Positions 37,900-49,252 of a stretch of 64,000 nucleotides of DNA are shown here, in pieces. The DNA lies in NCBI RefSeq assembly GCF_963921235.1, contig NC_086108.1:29638001-29702000 (forward strand), written 5' to 3'. This stretch comes from Mobula hypostoma (lineage: Eukaryota). Position 1 is the stretch's first letter, and the number at the start of each line of letters is the position of its first letter. The notes below the pieces were generated by a model. The model worked only from the letters and a program-made list of their open reading frames with translations, searched no databases and was not told where the DNA came from. A program made the position numbers and the translations under genes.

Positions 37900-38890
37900 C
37901 AAAAACTCCTGGTACCCCTAAGGAACTCCACAGTGACCAGGGGTGCAACTTTGAGGTGGAGGTGTTTGGTGAGGTCTGCAGGCGGCTGGGAATCATCAAA
38001 ATGCGGACCACCTCTCCTCACCAGCAAAGTGATCGGCTGGTGGAGGATTCTATCCGCCCCCGGCTACTCAGCTTGCCATTCTCATTAGCCAGCACCAATG
38101 TGATTGGGATCGCCTCCCAACCCTGGTATTGTGGGCATAACAGACAGCAGTTCAGGAGGGCACTAGGTGCACGCCGACTGTGCTCATGTTTGTACATGAG
38201 CTCCCAAGCCAGTGTTCCTGGGGTGGCCAAATTGGAGAACCTGCGGGTTGTTCATGATCCAGCTCAGCAGAACTGAAGCACGGCCAACAGCCACCAAAAA
38301 CAGGCTTATGATACCCTCAACCGGGAACAGGACTTTACTGGGGGTTGGGGCCCGAGTGTCGGTCTATTGCCCCTCCTGGATGAAGAGAGGGACTATTCCC
38401 CAACTGGGAAGCCCACTGTAGGTGCTCAACTGCATCTCCAGAAACCCCCCAGTGCCTCAGGCTGCAGCGTCGACCACCAGCGGGACTTTTGGACCTTGTT
38501 GTGCACTCTGGGATTGCTGGGGACCACCGACCCCTCAGTTGGGGCAGTGTGGCGCTCTGGGAGGGGCATGGTCGACAGCCCACCTCAGCATTCGTAATGA
38601 ACAGCGGTATTTATTGTTCTTTTATTAAAATGTTTTTGTGGGATTATGGTATCTGTTCAAGTTCATTTATGTTACATTTTAGCTATTTGCATGTACGTTT
38701 GTGGGTCACCCGACGGTAACCAGGGTGTGTGATAATCATCTCATCTGTGTGAGACTGAGCTGTTCTTTCTCGGGGTCATAGCGCCCAGTCTAAGCGGTTG
38801 TTGAGATTAACGAGTTTGTCTGCTATTATGGACCTCAATACTGTGTGTATAGTTGCGATGCCATCTATATTGAGCTGTACTTTATAACTA
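37900..38890 (+). mobile_element. Decayed Ty3/Gypsy LTR retrotransposon (integrase and probable 3' LTR start)
   Basis: ORF 37830-38276 contains PKELHSDQGCNFE...CRRLGIIKMRTTSPHQQSDRLVE (rve core). Possible LTR start TG near 38728. Confidence 0.75.
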
Positions 38891-39787
38891 AGTAGGGAGG
38901 AGTAATATATATATCGTTGATTAAGCATTCTTGTTTGTTTAAATAATTAAGAGTTATATTTAAAAATACGTTAATTGCTGCGTCGTCATGCTACACGCGA
39001 TATATGCGCGCCTCGCTTAACGTAAACTCAAACCACATTCGTGTTTTCGGACTCCTGTGAGTTTCTTTGAATTAGTTTAATCTTTAAGTTACAAAACATA
39101 AGAGCCTCCTCCCTGACTCTCGGCAAAGGGCAGGTGGAGACTGCACTTTGTACAGCCAGGGTGATGGAGCTAACAGAGCTGCTCCCTTGCAATTGCCAGC
39201 GTCATAGGTTCGATCCTGACCACCACTTCAGCGGTGCCTGCGTGAAGTTTACATGTCCTCCCCGTGACGAAATGAGTTATTCCTGGTTTCCTCCCTCCTC
39301 CCAACATATAAGTCGGGGTGGGGGATACCTGTATAGCGACCGCTCTCGGAGATGGTATGGAACGCACTTTCTCCCAGGGACATTGCCTGCAGAAAGCTCA
39401 CGCCGCTTTGAGGGAACGAACTTCGGTTTTACCGAGAGCTGCAGAGAATACGAGGTCTGCGACCAGACTCGCCTTGATGGTCTGTTGTACCATCTGGCAG
39501 CGGAGGCGGTCCCCAGTGGAAATCTCCTTATTCAGAGGTCCTTCCCCTTTACACTGGGGACCGGGGGCGGATGGTGTGGCACAGGGCAGTACCGTGCTTC
39601 AGGTTTTTAAGCAGGTTGACCGACACCCCGTCCACCTGCCCATTCTGCGGCCGGGAGGCTGCAATCTCTCACACCCATGTTCTATCTGAAGCGGCTGCTG
39701 TCCGGGCTCTGGTTGCACTTCATCGCCGCGCTCCTTGTATACGGGCGCCCAGTACGGAAGGGAGCGGGTCGCTTGGAGGATTTACTG

Positions 39788-40853
39788 CAACGCACATCAA
39801 AGTTGCCCAGGCAGCATCTCTAGGAAGAGGTACAGTCGACGTTTCGGGCCGAGACCCTTCATCAGGACTGACTGAAAGAAGAGCTAGTAAGAGATTTGAA
39901 AGTGGGATGGGGAGGGGGAGGTCCAAAATGACAGGAGAAGACAGGAGGGGGAGGGATGGAGCCAAGAGCTGGACAGTTGATTGGCAAAAGGGATATGAGA
40001 GGATCATGGGACAGGAGGCCTAGGAAGAAAGAAAAGGGGGAGGGGGGAAAACCCAGAGGATGGGCAAGGGCTATAGTGAGAGGGACAGAGGGAGAAAAAG
40101 GAGAGAGAGAAAAAGATTGTATGTATATATATATATATATATATATGGTGCACCCGATGCGGTCTTCTATATATTGGCGAGACCTGACGCAGACTGGGAG
40201 ATCGTTTCACTGAACACCTACGCTCTGTCCGCCAGAGAAAGCAGGATCTCCCAGTGGCCACACATTTTAATTCCACGTCCCATTCCCATTCTGATATGTC
40301 TATCCATGGCCTCCTCTGCTGTAAAGATGAAATCACACTCAGGTTGGAGGAACAACACCTTATATTCTGTCTGGGTAGCCTCCAACCTGATGGCATGAAC
40401 ATTGACTTCTCAAACATCCGTTAATGCCCCACCTCCCCCTCGTACCCCATCCATTATTTATTTATTTATATACACATATTCATTTTCTCTCCTTTTTCTC
40501 CCTCTGTCCCTCTCACTATACCCCTTGCCCATCCTCTGGGCTCCCCCCCCCCTTTTCTTTCTCCCTCGGCGTCCTGTCCCATGATCCTCTCATATCCCCT
40601 TTGCCAATCACCTGTCCAGCTCTTGGCTCCATCCCTCCCCCTCCTGTCTTCTCCTATCATTTCGGATCTCCCCCTCCCCCTCCCACTTTCAAATCTCTTA
40701 CTAGCTCTTCCTTCAGTTATTCCTGACGAAGAGTCTTGGCCTGAAACGTCGGCTGTACCTCTTCCTAGAGATGCTGCCTGGCCTGCTGCATTCACCAGCA
40801 ACTTTTATGTGTGTAGCTTGAAATTCCAGCACCTGCAGAATTCCTCGTGTTTG
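39788..40853. mobile_element. Neptune-type PLE inverted pair
   Basis: Tail-less minus arm 39788-~40140, (TA)n junction, plus arm ~40146-40853 with GIY-YIG remnant and full tail. Perfect TSD TGGAGGATTTACTG at 39774-39787 and 40854-40867. Confidence 0.92.
39834..39869 (-). ncRNA. Minimal hammerhead ribozyme motif (best-preserved copy)
   Basis: Minus strand AGTC-CTGATGA-A-GGGT-CTCG-GCCC-GAAAC-GTC-GACT. Confidence 0.78.
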
Positions 40854-41526
40854 TGGAGGATTTACTGGCAGGCTCGCTCCTGGGCCTAAAGGTGGCTATT
40901 CACAGGTCCAGGCGGCGGAAAGTCGAGGGCTCTGCCAAGGCCGACTGCCTGTCCCTCTTCCGAGGACACTTTTAATGCCCAGCTGTCCTTGGAGAGGGAG
41001 CATGCTGTACGGTGGGGGATTTTGGAAGTGGTGCTCCCCCCCCCCCCCCCGGATTAAGTGTTTTATAGATAGTAGTAATCATATTTTAATTTGAAATTAT
41101 TCAGTTGTGTAAATACACAATATTTGTTTGTGTATTTGATGTGTAAATAAACTGTTATAGTTTTGTAAAAAAATGTGGAGTGGAGCTTGATTGGTCAAAG
41201 GACAATAAGTGCGTAAGTGACTGATGGAGGGGACATAAAAATAAGTTAGTGTAAATGAGAGACTGACACCTCTGGCCAGAGCGACTGAGGACTAAGTGGA
41301 CTGAAGTGACTTTGTGTGCTATGGTATTCTATGACCACAGTGCAAGTGGCTGTCAACATGACTAAGATGATCAATGTTTTGTGGTGGGTTTCTAACGAGT
41401 TGGAGCTGAATATATTTCTGACATCCCAGTATTGTATAAAGAAAATTACTTGCACTAATCAAGGAGATGTAAGAACATTCTATTCTCTCCTGCCAGAAAG
41501 CAAGTGATTTTCTGAAGATTGCATAC

Positions 41527-41839
41527 TTAAAGGCATCCATTCATCTTGCAAGACCATGGATCTGCGCCTGGAAAGTCTTCACTGTCCAGGGCGCAGGCCA
41601 GGGCAAGGTTGTGTGGAAGACTGGCAGTTGCCCATGCTGCAAGTCTCCCCTCTCCACAACACCAATGTTGTCCAAGGGAAGGGCAAGGGCCAATACAGCT
41701 TGGCACCAGTGTCGTCACAGAGCATTGTGTGGTTAAGTGCCTTGCTCAAGGACACAACACACTGCCTTGGCTGGGGCTCAAACTCACGACCTTCAGATCA
41801 CTAGTCGAATGCCTTAACCACTTGGCCACGTGCCCACAC
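41527..41839 (-). mobile_element. tRNA-derived SINE with CORE-like segment and RTE-related tail
   Basis: A box TGGCCAAGTGG (41818-41828) and B box GAGTTTGAGCC (41775-41785), then 'gtgtccttgagcaaggcacttaac'. TSD GAAGATTGCATAC (41514-41526) / GAACGTTGCATAC (41840-41852). Confidence 0.8.
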
Positions 41840-42802
41840 GAACGTTGCATACAGCCCACAGGATAAAGTACCATTGACTGCACATACATTGTGCTGTGTG
41901 TCACATTGGCAAATATGGCCAGTAATAGAAGAGAAGTGGATGGTGTGCAACAAGAGACAATGCTGGTCAGTGCCTGCAGACAGAATGTCTTCATTCTGTG
42001 TTCACCTGCAGTGCAACTTAGTGTTGGCCAAGTTCGAGTTGGCTACAATGCGGCAACCGGGCAAGAAAGGTCACTGACAGCATGATCGTTGACTCGTGAA
42101 TGTCTGACGAAAATTAATGCACCATGTAAAATTAGAAAGAACGGGCCATATTCTTGCACACTGACCAGCCTTGCCACCACTAAGGAACAGCATTTGCCAT
42201 CTTGATGTCCACAGCAATGGTAAGTGTGTGAGGTGAAGTGTTGGACTGTTGAGCATGATTGATGGAGGTTGCCATAGATGTGTGGTGAATTCTGCTCTAT
42301 TTGAGCCTGGTGGTGCAGTTAGTGTGATGTGTCATTTGGAAAAGCATTGACCTTGACTACCCATTATAGACATTGGAGTTCCTGCTATCCTACTGTACAT
42401 TCAAATGCTTGGGCGATCACCACCATTGCTGAGACAATTGTCTTTTGAGAATCCAAGGCATAGAACATTGCTCCTTTCATTTTTTCCCTTCATTAAGGCC
42501 TCCGCTGGTTCCCAAGTACACTTCAGTTCCCACCCTGCTGGCAGCTCTTGCCCCAGCTGTAATGCATCCCCCCTTGAAGAGATATGGACCAACTTCAGTG
42601 CAAGATATTAGATCCCTGCTGATCATTCAGCCAATGTGCCATTAGTGTTCTCTGATTGCTGAAAAGATGCAACAATAATCTGAATTTATATAGCATCTTC
42701 TCACATTAAGATGACTTTGGGTCTTTCAGAAGAATGTTGTCAAATACAATTTGATACTGAGCCACAAACAAGCACTTAGGCAAATGAGCAAACTCTGGAT
42801 TA

Positions 42803-44836
42803 CAAACGCAAACACGAGGAAATCTGCAGATGCCGGAGTTTCAAGCAACACACACAAAAAATGCTGGTGAGCTCAGCAGGCCAGGCAGCATCTCTAGGAA
42901 GAGGTACAGTCGACGTTTCAGGCCGAGACCCTTCGTCAGGACTAACTGAAAGTAGAGATAGGAAGAGATTAGAAAGTGGGAGGGGGAGATCCGAAATGAT
43001 AGGAGAAGATAGGAGGGGGAGGGATGGAGCTAAGAGCTGGAAAGTTGATTGGCAAAAGGGGTATGAGTCTGGAGAAGGGAGGGGTTCATGGGACAGGAGG
43101 CCTAGGGAGAAAGAAAGGGGGAGGGGTGAAGCACAGAGGATGTGCAAGGAGTATAGTGAGAGGGACAGAGGGAGAAAAAGGAGAGAGAGCAAAAAAAATT
43201 AATAATAAATAACGGATGGGGTACAAGGGGGAGGTGGAGCATTAACAGAAGTTAGAGAAGTCAATGTTCATGCCTTCAGGTTGAAGGCTACCCAGAGGGA
43301 ATATAAGGTGTTGTTCCTCCAACCTGTGTGTGGCTTCATCTTGACAGTAAAGGAGTCCATGGATAGACATATCAGAATGGGAATGGGACGTGGAATTAAA
43401 ATGTGTGGCCACTGGGAGATCCTGCTTTCTCTGGCGGACAGAGCGTAGGTGTTCAGTGAAATGGTCTCCCAGTCTGCGTCGGGTCTCGCCAGTATATAGA
43501 AGGCCGCATCGGGAGCACCGGATGCAGTATATCACCCCAGTTGACTCACTGGTGAAGTGTCGCCTCACCTGGAAGGACTGTCTGGGGCCCTGAATGGTGG
43601 TGAGGGAGGAAGTGTAAGGGCATGTGTAGCACTTGTTCCGCTTACACGGATAAGTGCCAGGAGGGAGATCAGTGGGGAGGGATGGGGGCGACGAATGGAC
43701 AAGGGAGTTGTGTAGGGAGCGATCCCTGTGGAAAGCAGAGAGAGGGGTGGAGGGAAAGATGTGCTTAGTGGTGGGATCCCATTTGAGGTGGTGGAAGTCA
43801 CAAAGAATTATATGTTGGACCTGGAAGCTGGTGGGGTGGTAGGTGAGGACCAGGGGAACCCTATTCCTAGTGGGGTGGCGGGAGGATGGAGTGAGAGCAG
43901 ATGTGTGTGAAATGGGAGAGATGCATTTGAGAGCAGAGTTGATGGTGGAGGAAGGAAAGCCCCTTTCTTTAAAAAAGGAGGACATCTCCTTTGTCCTGGA
44001 ATGAAAGGCCTCATCCTGAGAGCAGATGCGGCAGAGACGGAGGAATTGCGAGAAGGGGATGGCATTTTTGCAAGAGACAGGGTGGGAAGAGGAATAGTTC
44101 AGGTAGCTTTGAGAGTCCGTAGGATTATAGTAGACATCAGTAGATAAACTGTCTCCAGAGATAGAGACAGAAAGATCTAGAAAGGGGAGGGAGGTGTCAG
44201 AAATGGACCAGGTAAACTTGACAGCAGGGTGAAAGTTGGAGGCAAAGTTAATGAAGTCAACGAGCTCAGCATGCGTGCAGGAAGCAGCGCCAATGCAGTC
44301 GTCGATGTAGTGAAGGAAAAGTGGGGGATGGATACCAGTATAGGCTTTGAACATGGATTGTTCCACAAAGCCAACAAAAAGGCAGGCATAGCTGGGACCC
44401 ATACGGGTGCCCATGGCTACACCTTCAGTTTGGAGGAAGTGAGAGGAGCCAAAGGAGAAATTATTAAGAGTAAGGACAAATTCCACTAGATGCAGCAGAG
44501 TGATGGTAGAGGGGAGCTGATTAGGTCTGGGATCCAAAAAGAATCGGAGAGCTTTGAGACCTTCCTGGTGGGGGATGGAGGTATATAGGGACTGGACATC
44601 CATGGTGAAAATAAATCAGTGGGGGCCAGGGAACGTAAAATCATTGAAAAACTTCAGAGCGTGAAAAGTGTCACGAACATAGGAAGGGATTGAACAAGGG
44701 GGATAAAACAGTGTCGTCTTATCTCTTACTATCTCTTCTTTCAGTTAGTCCTGACGACGGGTCTCGGCCCGAAATGTCGACTGTACCTCTTCCTGTAGAT
44801 GCTGCCTGGCCTGCTGCGTTCACCAGCATATTCTGT
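42803..44836 (-). mobile_element. Neptune-type PLE with 453-aa open RT-GIY-YIG frame and short inverted terminus
   Basis: ORF 43242-44603 (DVQSLYTSIP, GVAMG, YIDD, CKRNKCYTC, VIYC...YTGET). Full tail at 42803 and tail-less inverted arm ~44720-44836. Perfect TSD AAACTCTGGATTA at 42790-42802 and 44837-44849. Hammerheads at 42908-42943 (-) and 44747-44782 (+). Confidence 0.93.
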
Positions 44837-45217
44837 AAACTCTGGATTAAATGGTAGGTTTTGGAAAGTGTGATATAGGAGGAAAGTGAGTCAGAGAGGT
44901 TCAGAAAGTGAATTGCAGGGGTTTGAAGGCAGAACTCTCAGCTGAAGAGGGAAACGATAATGGAAGAATGTGTATCCGAATGAAATAGAAAGGGGAACAC
45001 TGAAAGCAAGATTGGGAATTATAATGTTGAGACCTTTTGTTGCTTCTTCTCAAAAACAGATTTCCAAAGAGCGAAATTCTGCCAAAAAAAAAACTCAGCA
45101 TTTACTTTCGATGTATAGTACTTGGATCGAAATAATGCATTCACAGACACAACAGGAGCCAATGGGATTCTAAGACATTGCTTGTTGCTTAAACCATCAC
45201 AAATATTTTAGAATATT

Positions 45218-46077
45218 TGTTACGTACCCCGTAACTGGGTTGCCAAACCAGCAGAAATGGATCACTCAGTTGGAGTCTGGATTACTAGAACTAAGAAAGT
45301 TTTATTAAAGAAACAAGCAACACAGTACTCTAATCAAAAGGATAATAAATGCAACAGTTCAGCAATGATAAATACACATATGCACAGAATTAAGATAACA
45401 GGATCAATCAAACTCTATCGTTGTCTAGGGGCAAATGACCAGTTTCAAAGTGACATAAAGTTCAGTTCAATTTAGTTCAGTTTGCAGTAATCGTTGCCGT
45501 GGCGATGGGCAGTGGGGTGGGGAGGAGAGAGAGCAAAACGAATGAATATTCAAAACAGCTTCCACACACAGACCTTCGCAGTCAGCTTTCGGGCGAGCCC
45601 TTTGTGATGTCATCTGAGGTCACCAACCATGACCCCTCCATTTCCAGATACGATCGTTTCCCTGCGCTGAACCTGGCACCGAGGCAAGGGTGGGCACCAG
45701 GTTCCCGCCAATCGTGCCTTTCCACCCTGAGCGTCTACAGCTTGATCCTGCAATCAGCCGTCCAAAAGCTTCCCACCGACTTGTGAGAGGCGCACCGCTT
45801 CCAGGGTCTCGTTACCTCGGGTGTCATGTGTGTTGCCTTAGCGAACCTGTCCCTTTTTATCCCCCTGCTGGGGTATCGCCTGTCCATCACTTCAAACAGT
45901 TCAGGGTTCAAAGGGGGAGCCGATCTTGACAATACCCAGACTGATGTCTCCTTCATTAACATCTCCAAATGCTGCCTCATTGTGTCCCTTATCTCTCCCT
46001 CTCCTGAAGACAGGTGGCAGACCAACTGCTGATCACACAGGACAGCTAACATCTTATCTATGTGTATTCTTGTCACA
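45218..46077 (-). mobile_element. Solo LTR (same family as 32421-33244)
   Basis: TGTTACG...TGTCACA. Perfect 4-bp TSD TATT at 45214-45217 and 46078-46081. Confidence 0.88.
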
Positions 46078-48529
46078 TATTTAAGAAGTGAGTCAACTCA
46101 CTTCAAGATAAATCTGTGAAGGTACATTTAAAACAAAACATTAGTACTGGAAATTCTCATATTTTTGCATAAAGCCATTTGGTTCATCAAGTATCACTCA
46201 CCTATGCATTGGGCTAATTTATAATAGCCAATTAACCTGCTGTTTATAATATCCAATTAATTTGCATGTTTTGGAGGTGTAGGAAGAGACCAAGGTACCC
46301 AAAGAAAATCCATACAGTTACAGGGAAAACAAGCAGATACCACCATGGGTTCAAATTGGCCCAGGTTCAATGTGAAACAGTCACCTTATCTACTACATGA
46401 AGCTGATGTGAGGGTAGTAGTGACTTTGTAAGATTGTAACAAACACGTGAATGCACATTTTATAAGCCTCCCAATTTTTATAGAATTTATCAATAGCAAG
46501 ATCGATGCGATTTGACAACTTTCTCTTGCTCATTCTACATCATCTGAACTATGAAGACGTTTGGAGGAAGAGAACAGTACAAATTACTTCATGCTTTTGG
46601 GTAAACAGTGCAGTAACTCTACTGAATAACATGCCAGTGGATTTTGAAGTGGAACAACTGCATTAAAAGAATATTTGGTTTATTGATTTGCAAATGACAG
46701 TCCATGAACAGTCCATGTTGATGGTATATGAAGTATCTATTTAATAACACAGTTCATAAAATATTTATATGCTTCACAAATTGAAAATAGGTAGTTTAAT
46801 CCTATTGCCTGTGAGAGATTAATAAATTGTAATATGTAATGAATATATAAAGTTATATATTAACAGAAGATGACAAATAATTAAAGCAACTTGATGAAAA
46901 ATTAATATTTCCACAACAGATAACAGTGCACGTGTACCAAGCCAGTGGGCAATAGACGCTTTCACATGCTTTCTGTTTTTTTCTGCATGAAAGATAAAAG
47001 AATGTTAGTTTTACTATTTCTGTATCTAACTGGTCACCCATCAACTTAAGAAGATAACAATTACACAGAAGCAATGTTCCAAAACACTGAGCTTCCTGGC
47101 AGCTCTGTTTCAATTGCTGTTTTAGTATCTCACTATTTTAGGTGAATTTTATTTTTAGATTTAGCTAGTGAGTATTTTCTGCCTTTTTGTCTGTTAGCAA
47201 ATTGTTTACTCATTTTGACTTCCATTTTGTGGTTTACTTAGCCTTACAATGAGAAAATTCATGAGTAGTTTTATAAATTGACTAATATATGGTATTACCC
47301 TAGGATTTTTTGCCTTTCTGTTGTTTAATTTATAATCAGAATCAGATTTAATTACCACCAACCTACATGACATGGAATTTGTTGTTTTGTGGCAGCAGTA
47401 CAGTGCCAAGACAAAAATTACAAAAATAAATAAATCGTGCAAAAAAAATGGAACAAGGTAGCGATCATGGATTTGTGGACTATTCAGAGATCTGATGATG
47501 AGGAGAAGAAACTGTTACTAAATTACTGAATCAGGCTCTTGTACCTCCTCTCTGAAATGTAGGAACAAGAAGAGGGCATGTCCTGGATAGTGAGGTTTCT
47601 TTTGGTGAATAGCCTGGAGATAATATTAAATTAATTTAGATTAAGATGTACAGCAATGCAAAACTTTGCCCTTGGAAAATGTGTTCCTCACTTGCTACGT
47701 TTGCATTAATTTGTTGCTTTTATCTGTTATTGTTGCTAATTGTTTCTGCATTTCCCCAGGGGAAATAATGGTAATGCATTTTGGGTTGAAACTTGCTGAA
47801 AGTGACCCAGTCCTCCTGCTCAGAATCTTTACCCATGATCTATCCACGTTAATGCTTATCTTGTTTGTGTGCAGGGGGCTAAAGTCAGAGGCTTTCTGTC
47901 AATCTCCAGCAGTTGTGAGATGAGGAAGCGCTGCCTAAAATAACCCCGGTAGCTTTTGACAACTAGCTAAGTGGGAGATAGGGTTTTACCAGTTGTAAAA
48001 GCAGTCAGTAATTTTTGATAGGTTTAAAGTGTCGCTAGTAATCAGATCAGTTTTAATAATTAAATTATTGAGTTAATTGAGGCAAATAATGCAAAAATAT
48101 TAAGCAGTTTCAAATCTTTTGAAAAGGAAGGTAACATTGCATAAAGTGCTTATAAATAATTTATATAAAAGAAAATTATTTAAAAATACTTACCTTCCTT
48201 TTTACCGCCAACATGTTTGCTAATCCCTATTGGAATTAATGATACCTTAGATCCTGTGCCAAATCTGCAGAATGCCAGGAGTCCCAGGAAGACTGAGTTT
48301 GGCGTAATAATACATAAACTGAATTCCAGAGGTAGAAATGTTGTTGAAATGGTACTGAGGACGTAGAAGTCATTCCCTGCCTCTCTTCCATACTTTTTAA
48401 CTTACGACGTTTCAAATAGTCAAATGCTGCTGTTTCCCATTAACAACAGCAACAAGCAATCTGCTCATTTTGTCCAAAAAAAGAATGCTTTACCTTTACA
48501 ATTTGATGTGATTTAAATAGATATTAAAG

Positions 48530-49007
48530 TTCATAGTCATAGTCATACTTTATTGATCCCAGGGGGAAATTGGTTTTCGTTACAGTTGCACCATAAATAA
48601 TAAATAGTCATAGAACCATAAATAGTTAAATAGTAATATGTAAATTATGAAATAAGTCCAGGACCAGCCTATTGGCTCAGAGTGTCTGATCCTCCAAGGG
48701 AGGAGTTGTAAAGTTTGATGGCCACAGGCAGGAATGACTTCCTATGACACTCTGTGCTGCATCTTGGAGGAATGAGTCTCTGGCTGAATGTACTCCTGTG
48801 CCCACCCAGTACATTATGTAGTGGATGGGAGACATTGACCAAGATGGCATGCAACTTAGACAGCATCCTCTTTTCAGACACCACCATGAGAGAGTTCAGT
48901 TCCATCCCCACGACATCACTGGCCTTACGAATGAGTTTGTTGATTCTGTTGGTGTCTGCTGCCCCAGCACACAACAGCAAACATGATAGCACTGGCCACC
49001 ACAGACT
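48530..49007 (-). mobile_element. Rex1/Babar-related 3' fragment with (TATGAC)n tail
   Basis: ORF 48669-49028 RINKLIRKASDVVG...HPLH...RKSFLPVAIKLYN. Confidence 0.75.
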
Positions 49008-49116
49008 CAAGGTAAATTTTAATATCAAAGTACATATATGCCATCATAAACAACCCTGAGATTCATTTTCTTGCAGACATTCACAGTAAATGCAAAGAAA
49101 CACAATAGGATCAATG

Positions 49117-49252
49117 TTAGTCCTGACGAAGGGTCTCGGCCTGAAACGTCAACTGCACCTCTTCCTACAGATGCTGCTTGGCCTGCTGCGTTCACCAGCA
49201 ACTTTGATGTATGTTGCTTGAATTTCCAGCATCTGCAGAATTCCTGTTGTTT
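49117..49252 (+). mobile_element. 136-bp PLE mini-insertion consisting of hammerhead plus tail
   Basis: Perfect 15-bp TSD ACAATAGGATCAATG at 49102-49116 and 49253-49267. Hammerhead motif at 49119-49154. Confidence 0.9.

Larger units (their letters stand above)
39325..41173 (+). mobile_element. Tx1-clade (L1 group) non-LTR 3' fragment, interrupted by PLE
   Basis: PQWKS...RMVWHRAVPCFRFLSRLTDTPSTCPFCG (zf-RVT-like), AATAAA at ~41146 and an A-tail at 41167-41173. Preceded by a V-SINE-like head at ~39150-39320. Confidence 0.7.

Noticed and set aside
41770..41839. tRNA gene
   Set aside because: A and B boxes are present, but they form the head of a TSD-flanked SINE and no complete cloverleaf is evident.
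44615..44620. In-frame TGA upstream of the PLE ORF as selenocysteine
   Set aside because: It is a single TGA, better explained as CGA to TGA CpG decay, and no SECIS is evident.
32421..46077. One 13.6-kb element bounded by the two LTRs
   Set aside because: The LTRs are inverted, have different TSDs and differ in U3. The Gypsy integrase between them is much more decayed.
46520..46670. Possible exon of a downstream gene (HLNYEDVWRKRT...)
   Set aside because: No recognisable homology and weak splice signals. I found no RGL1-like or other host exons after 17175.
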